A DNA stretch of 64,000 nt from positions 4,512,001 to 4,576,000 of the forward strand of contig OZ253470.1 of NCBI GenBank assembly GCA_965261735.1, in the 5' to 3' direction. Both the position numbers and the translations under genes were made by a program. The notes beneath the pieces are model-generated. The model had not been told where the DNA came from. It searched no databases and saw nothing but the letters and a program-made list of their open reading frames with translations. Source of the DNA: Alphaproteobacteria bacterium. GTDB taxonomy: Bacteria > Pseudomonadota > Alphaproteobacteria > SHVV01. Numbering within the stretch: the first letter of the stretch is position 1; the number at the start of each line of letters is the position of its first letter. Shown here one piece after another: positions 62,318 to 64,000 of the stretch.

Positions 62318-63964
62318 GAGCGTGCGCCGCAGAAAGGTCCGCGCGGCAAAGTTGATAGCGGACGGGTTGTGGGTGGATTTGCGCAGGGGGAAGTATGATC
62401 CGATACGCCAGTTGCGTGTGGGAACTCCCGATGCCGACCACGTTTCGTGCCTACCAGCCGGACCAACCCTTGCTTTTGCCGCCGGACTTGCAGGAGTGGG
62501 TTTCCCCAGGGCACCTGGCTCATCACGTCAGCGATGTGGTCGATGCACTGGACTTGACGGCGTTCTATGCGCCCTACGAGGGGGACGGTCGACGCAACGC
62601 CCCCTACGAGCCGTCGATGATGGTCAAGGTGCTGATCTATGCCTACGCGACGGGCACATTCTCCTCGCGCGCGGTGGCGAGGAAGCTGGAGGAGGATGTA
62701 GCGTTTAGGATGCTCGCGGCGGGCAACTTCCCGCAACATCGCACGGTATGTGAGTTCCGACGCCGACATCTGGCGGAGTTCAGCGAGCTGTTTGTGGGGG
62801 TGGTGCAGGTGGCGCGCGAGATGGGACTGGCGCGGTTCGGCAAGCTCTCGGTCGACGGGACGAAGGTGCGAGCGAACGCGAGCAAGCGCAAGGCGATGAG
62901 CTATGAGCGGATGGGCAAAGAGGCGGCTCGCTTGCAGGCGGAGATCGAGGCGCTGCTGACGACGGCGGGGATGGTGGACGCCGAAGAAGACGAGCGTTGG
63001 GGCGAGGATTTCCGGGGCGACGAGTTGCCCGAGGAGTTGCAACGCAGGGAGAAGCGCCTGGCGGCGATCCAGGCAGCCAAAGCGCGTTTGGAGGCGGCGC
63101 AACGCGGGCGCGACGATGAGCGCGGGCGCGAGCCGGGGCAGGACCGCAATCCCCGGGGCGGGCGGCCTTACAAGCGGGCCTACGGCGAGCCCGAGCCGAA
63201 GGCGCAGAGCAATTTCACCGATCCCGAGAGCCAGATCATGAAGACCAGCAGCGAGGGGTTCCAGCAGTGCTACAACGCGCAGATGGCGGTCGATGGGGAG
63301 CACCAGATCATCGTCGCGACTCAGGTGGGGCCACAGGCCAGCGACCAGGGTCAGCTGGTGGGGATGCTCGACGAGATCAACGAGACGTTTGGGGTCGAGC
63401 CTGCGGTGGTACTGGCCGATGCGGGCTACTGCAACGAGCCGGATCTGTTGGAGCTGGAAGATCGCGGCATCGACGCGCACGTAGCGCTGGGGCGTGAAGG
63501 CAAGTCCCAGGTGGCGGTCGACCCGGCCCGGCTCCCTGCCACGCACCGCATGGGTGAGAAACTGGCGAGCCCCGCGGGCAAAGCCCGGTACGCGCAACGC
63601 AAGTGGCTCTCGGAGGCGCCGAACGGGTGGATCAAGGAGGTGCTCGGATTCCGACGATTCAGCCTGCGAGGCTTGGCGAAGGTGCGCGGCGAGTGGGACC
63701 TCGTGTGCTTGGCGTTGAACATCAAGCGGATGGGGACGGTGGCCACGTGCTGAGGCAGGTGCTGGCCTGCCAACGCACTTGATCCGGGGCGCGCAGTGCC
63801 CATCGACCGCGTATGAAACGCGAATCTCTTCCCTTCCGGCCTTCCGGTCTGGGATTTCCATCCCAGAGTCGGGCGGGCCAGATATCCACACTCGGGCCAA
63901 AATCCCACCTCTCCGGCGGCCGCGCGCCAATCGCCCAACATCAAAACTTCTACGGCGCACGCTC
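62318..63964 (+). mobile_element. IS1182-family element with CTAG duplication
   Basis: IR GAGCGTGCGCCGCAGAA / TTCTACGGCGCACGCTC; CTAG at 62314-62317 and 63965-63968. Confidence 0.9.
62431..63753 (+). CDS. IS1182 transposase
   Basis: LLLPPDLQEW, YEPSMMVKVLIYAY, VDGTKVRANAS, NFTDPES, LADAGY, EAPNGWIK. Confidence 0.93.
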   Translation: MPTTFRAYQPDQPLLLPPDLQEWVSPGHLAHHVSDVVDALDLTAFYAPYEGDGRRNAPYEPSMMVKVLIYAYATGTFSSRAVARKLEEDVAFRMLAAGNFPQHRTVCEFRRRHLAEFSELFVGVVQVAREMGLARFGKLSVDGTKVRANASKRKAMSYERMGKEAARLQAEIEALLTTAGMVDAEEDERWGEDFRGDELPEELQRREKRLAAIQAAKARLEAAQRGRDDERGREPGQDRNPRGGRPYKRAYGEPEPKAQSNFTDPESQIMKTSSEGFQQCYNAQMAVDGEHQIIVATQVGPQASDQGQLVGMLDEINETFGVEPAVVLADAGYCNEPDLLELEDRGIDAHVALGREGKSQVAVDPARLPATHRMGEKLASPAGKARYAQRKWLSEAPNGWIKEVLGFRRFSLRGLAKVRGEWDLVCLALNIKRMGTVATC

Positions 63965-64000
63965 CTAGGAGGACAGCTCTTCTAAACGTCAGCCGTACAC

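Overview
GC-rich bacterial window. The gene order of the core block (folK-rpoZ-rsh/spoT-pdxJ-acpS-lepB-rnc-era, NYN/LabA, UDG, smpB, dapA) points to an alphaproteobacterium, probably Rhodospirillales-like (inference). 1-26 kb holds catabolic and transport genes: SDR, PhyH dioxygenase, a Liv-type ABC system, a DMSO/BisC-type molybdoenzyme, RidA, and a BMP-ABC + hydantoinase A/B/gamma + carbamoylase cluster. 26-39.7 kb is an IS-riddled accessory island containing a Cys-rich NPC-repeat cytochrome P460-like gene, a desaturase, small ORFs and pseudogenes. 39.7-52.3 kb is largely housekeeping. 52-64 kb holds selA-selB, an MFS transporter, VOC genes, a broken lysozyme-like gene, IS5 and IS1182. Mobile DNA: IS630, four IS256 copies, two IS1595 copies, IS5, IS1182 and a 172-bp MITE. 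The most notable unexplained signal is a ~180-bp non-coding element built of regularly spaced ~25-bp imperfect palindromes (GTCNGC-N~13-GCNGAC), found five times. Two of these are complementary halves, split at the central module, that bracket a 3.5-kb block of accessory genes, as a site-specific gene-capture site would. No rRNA, tRNA or CRISPR array was recognised. All calls are by eye; no database searches were run.
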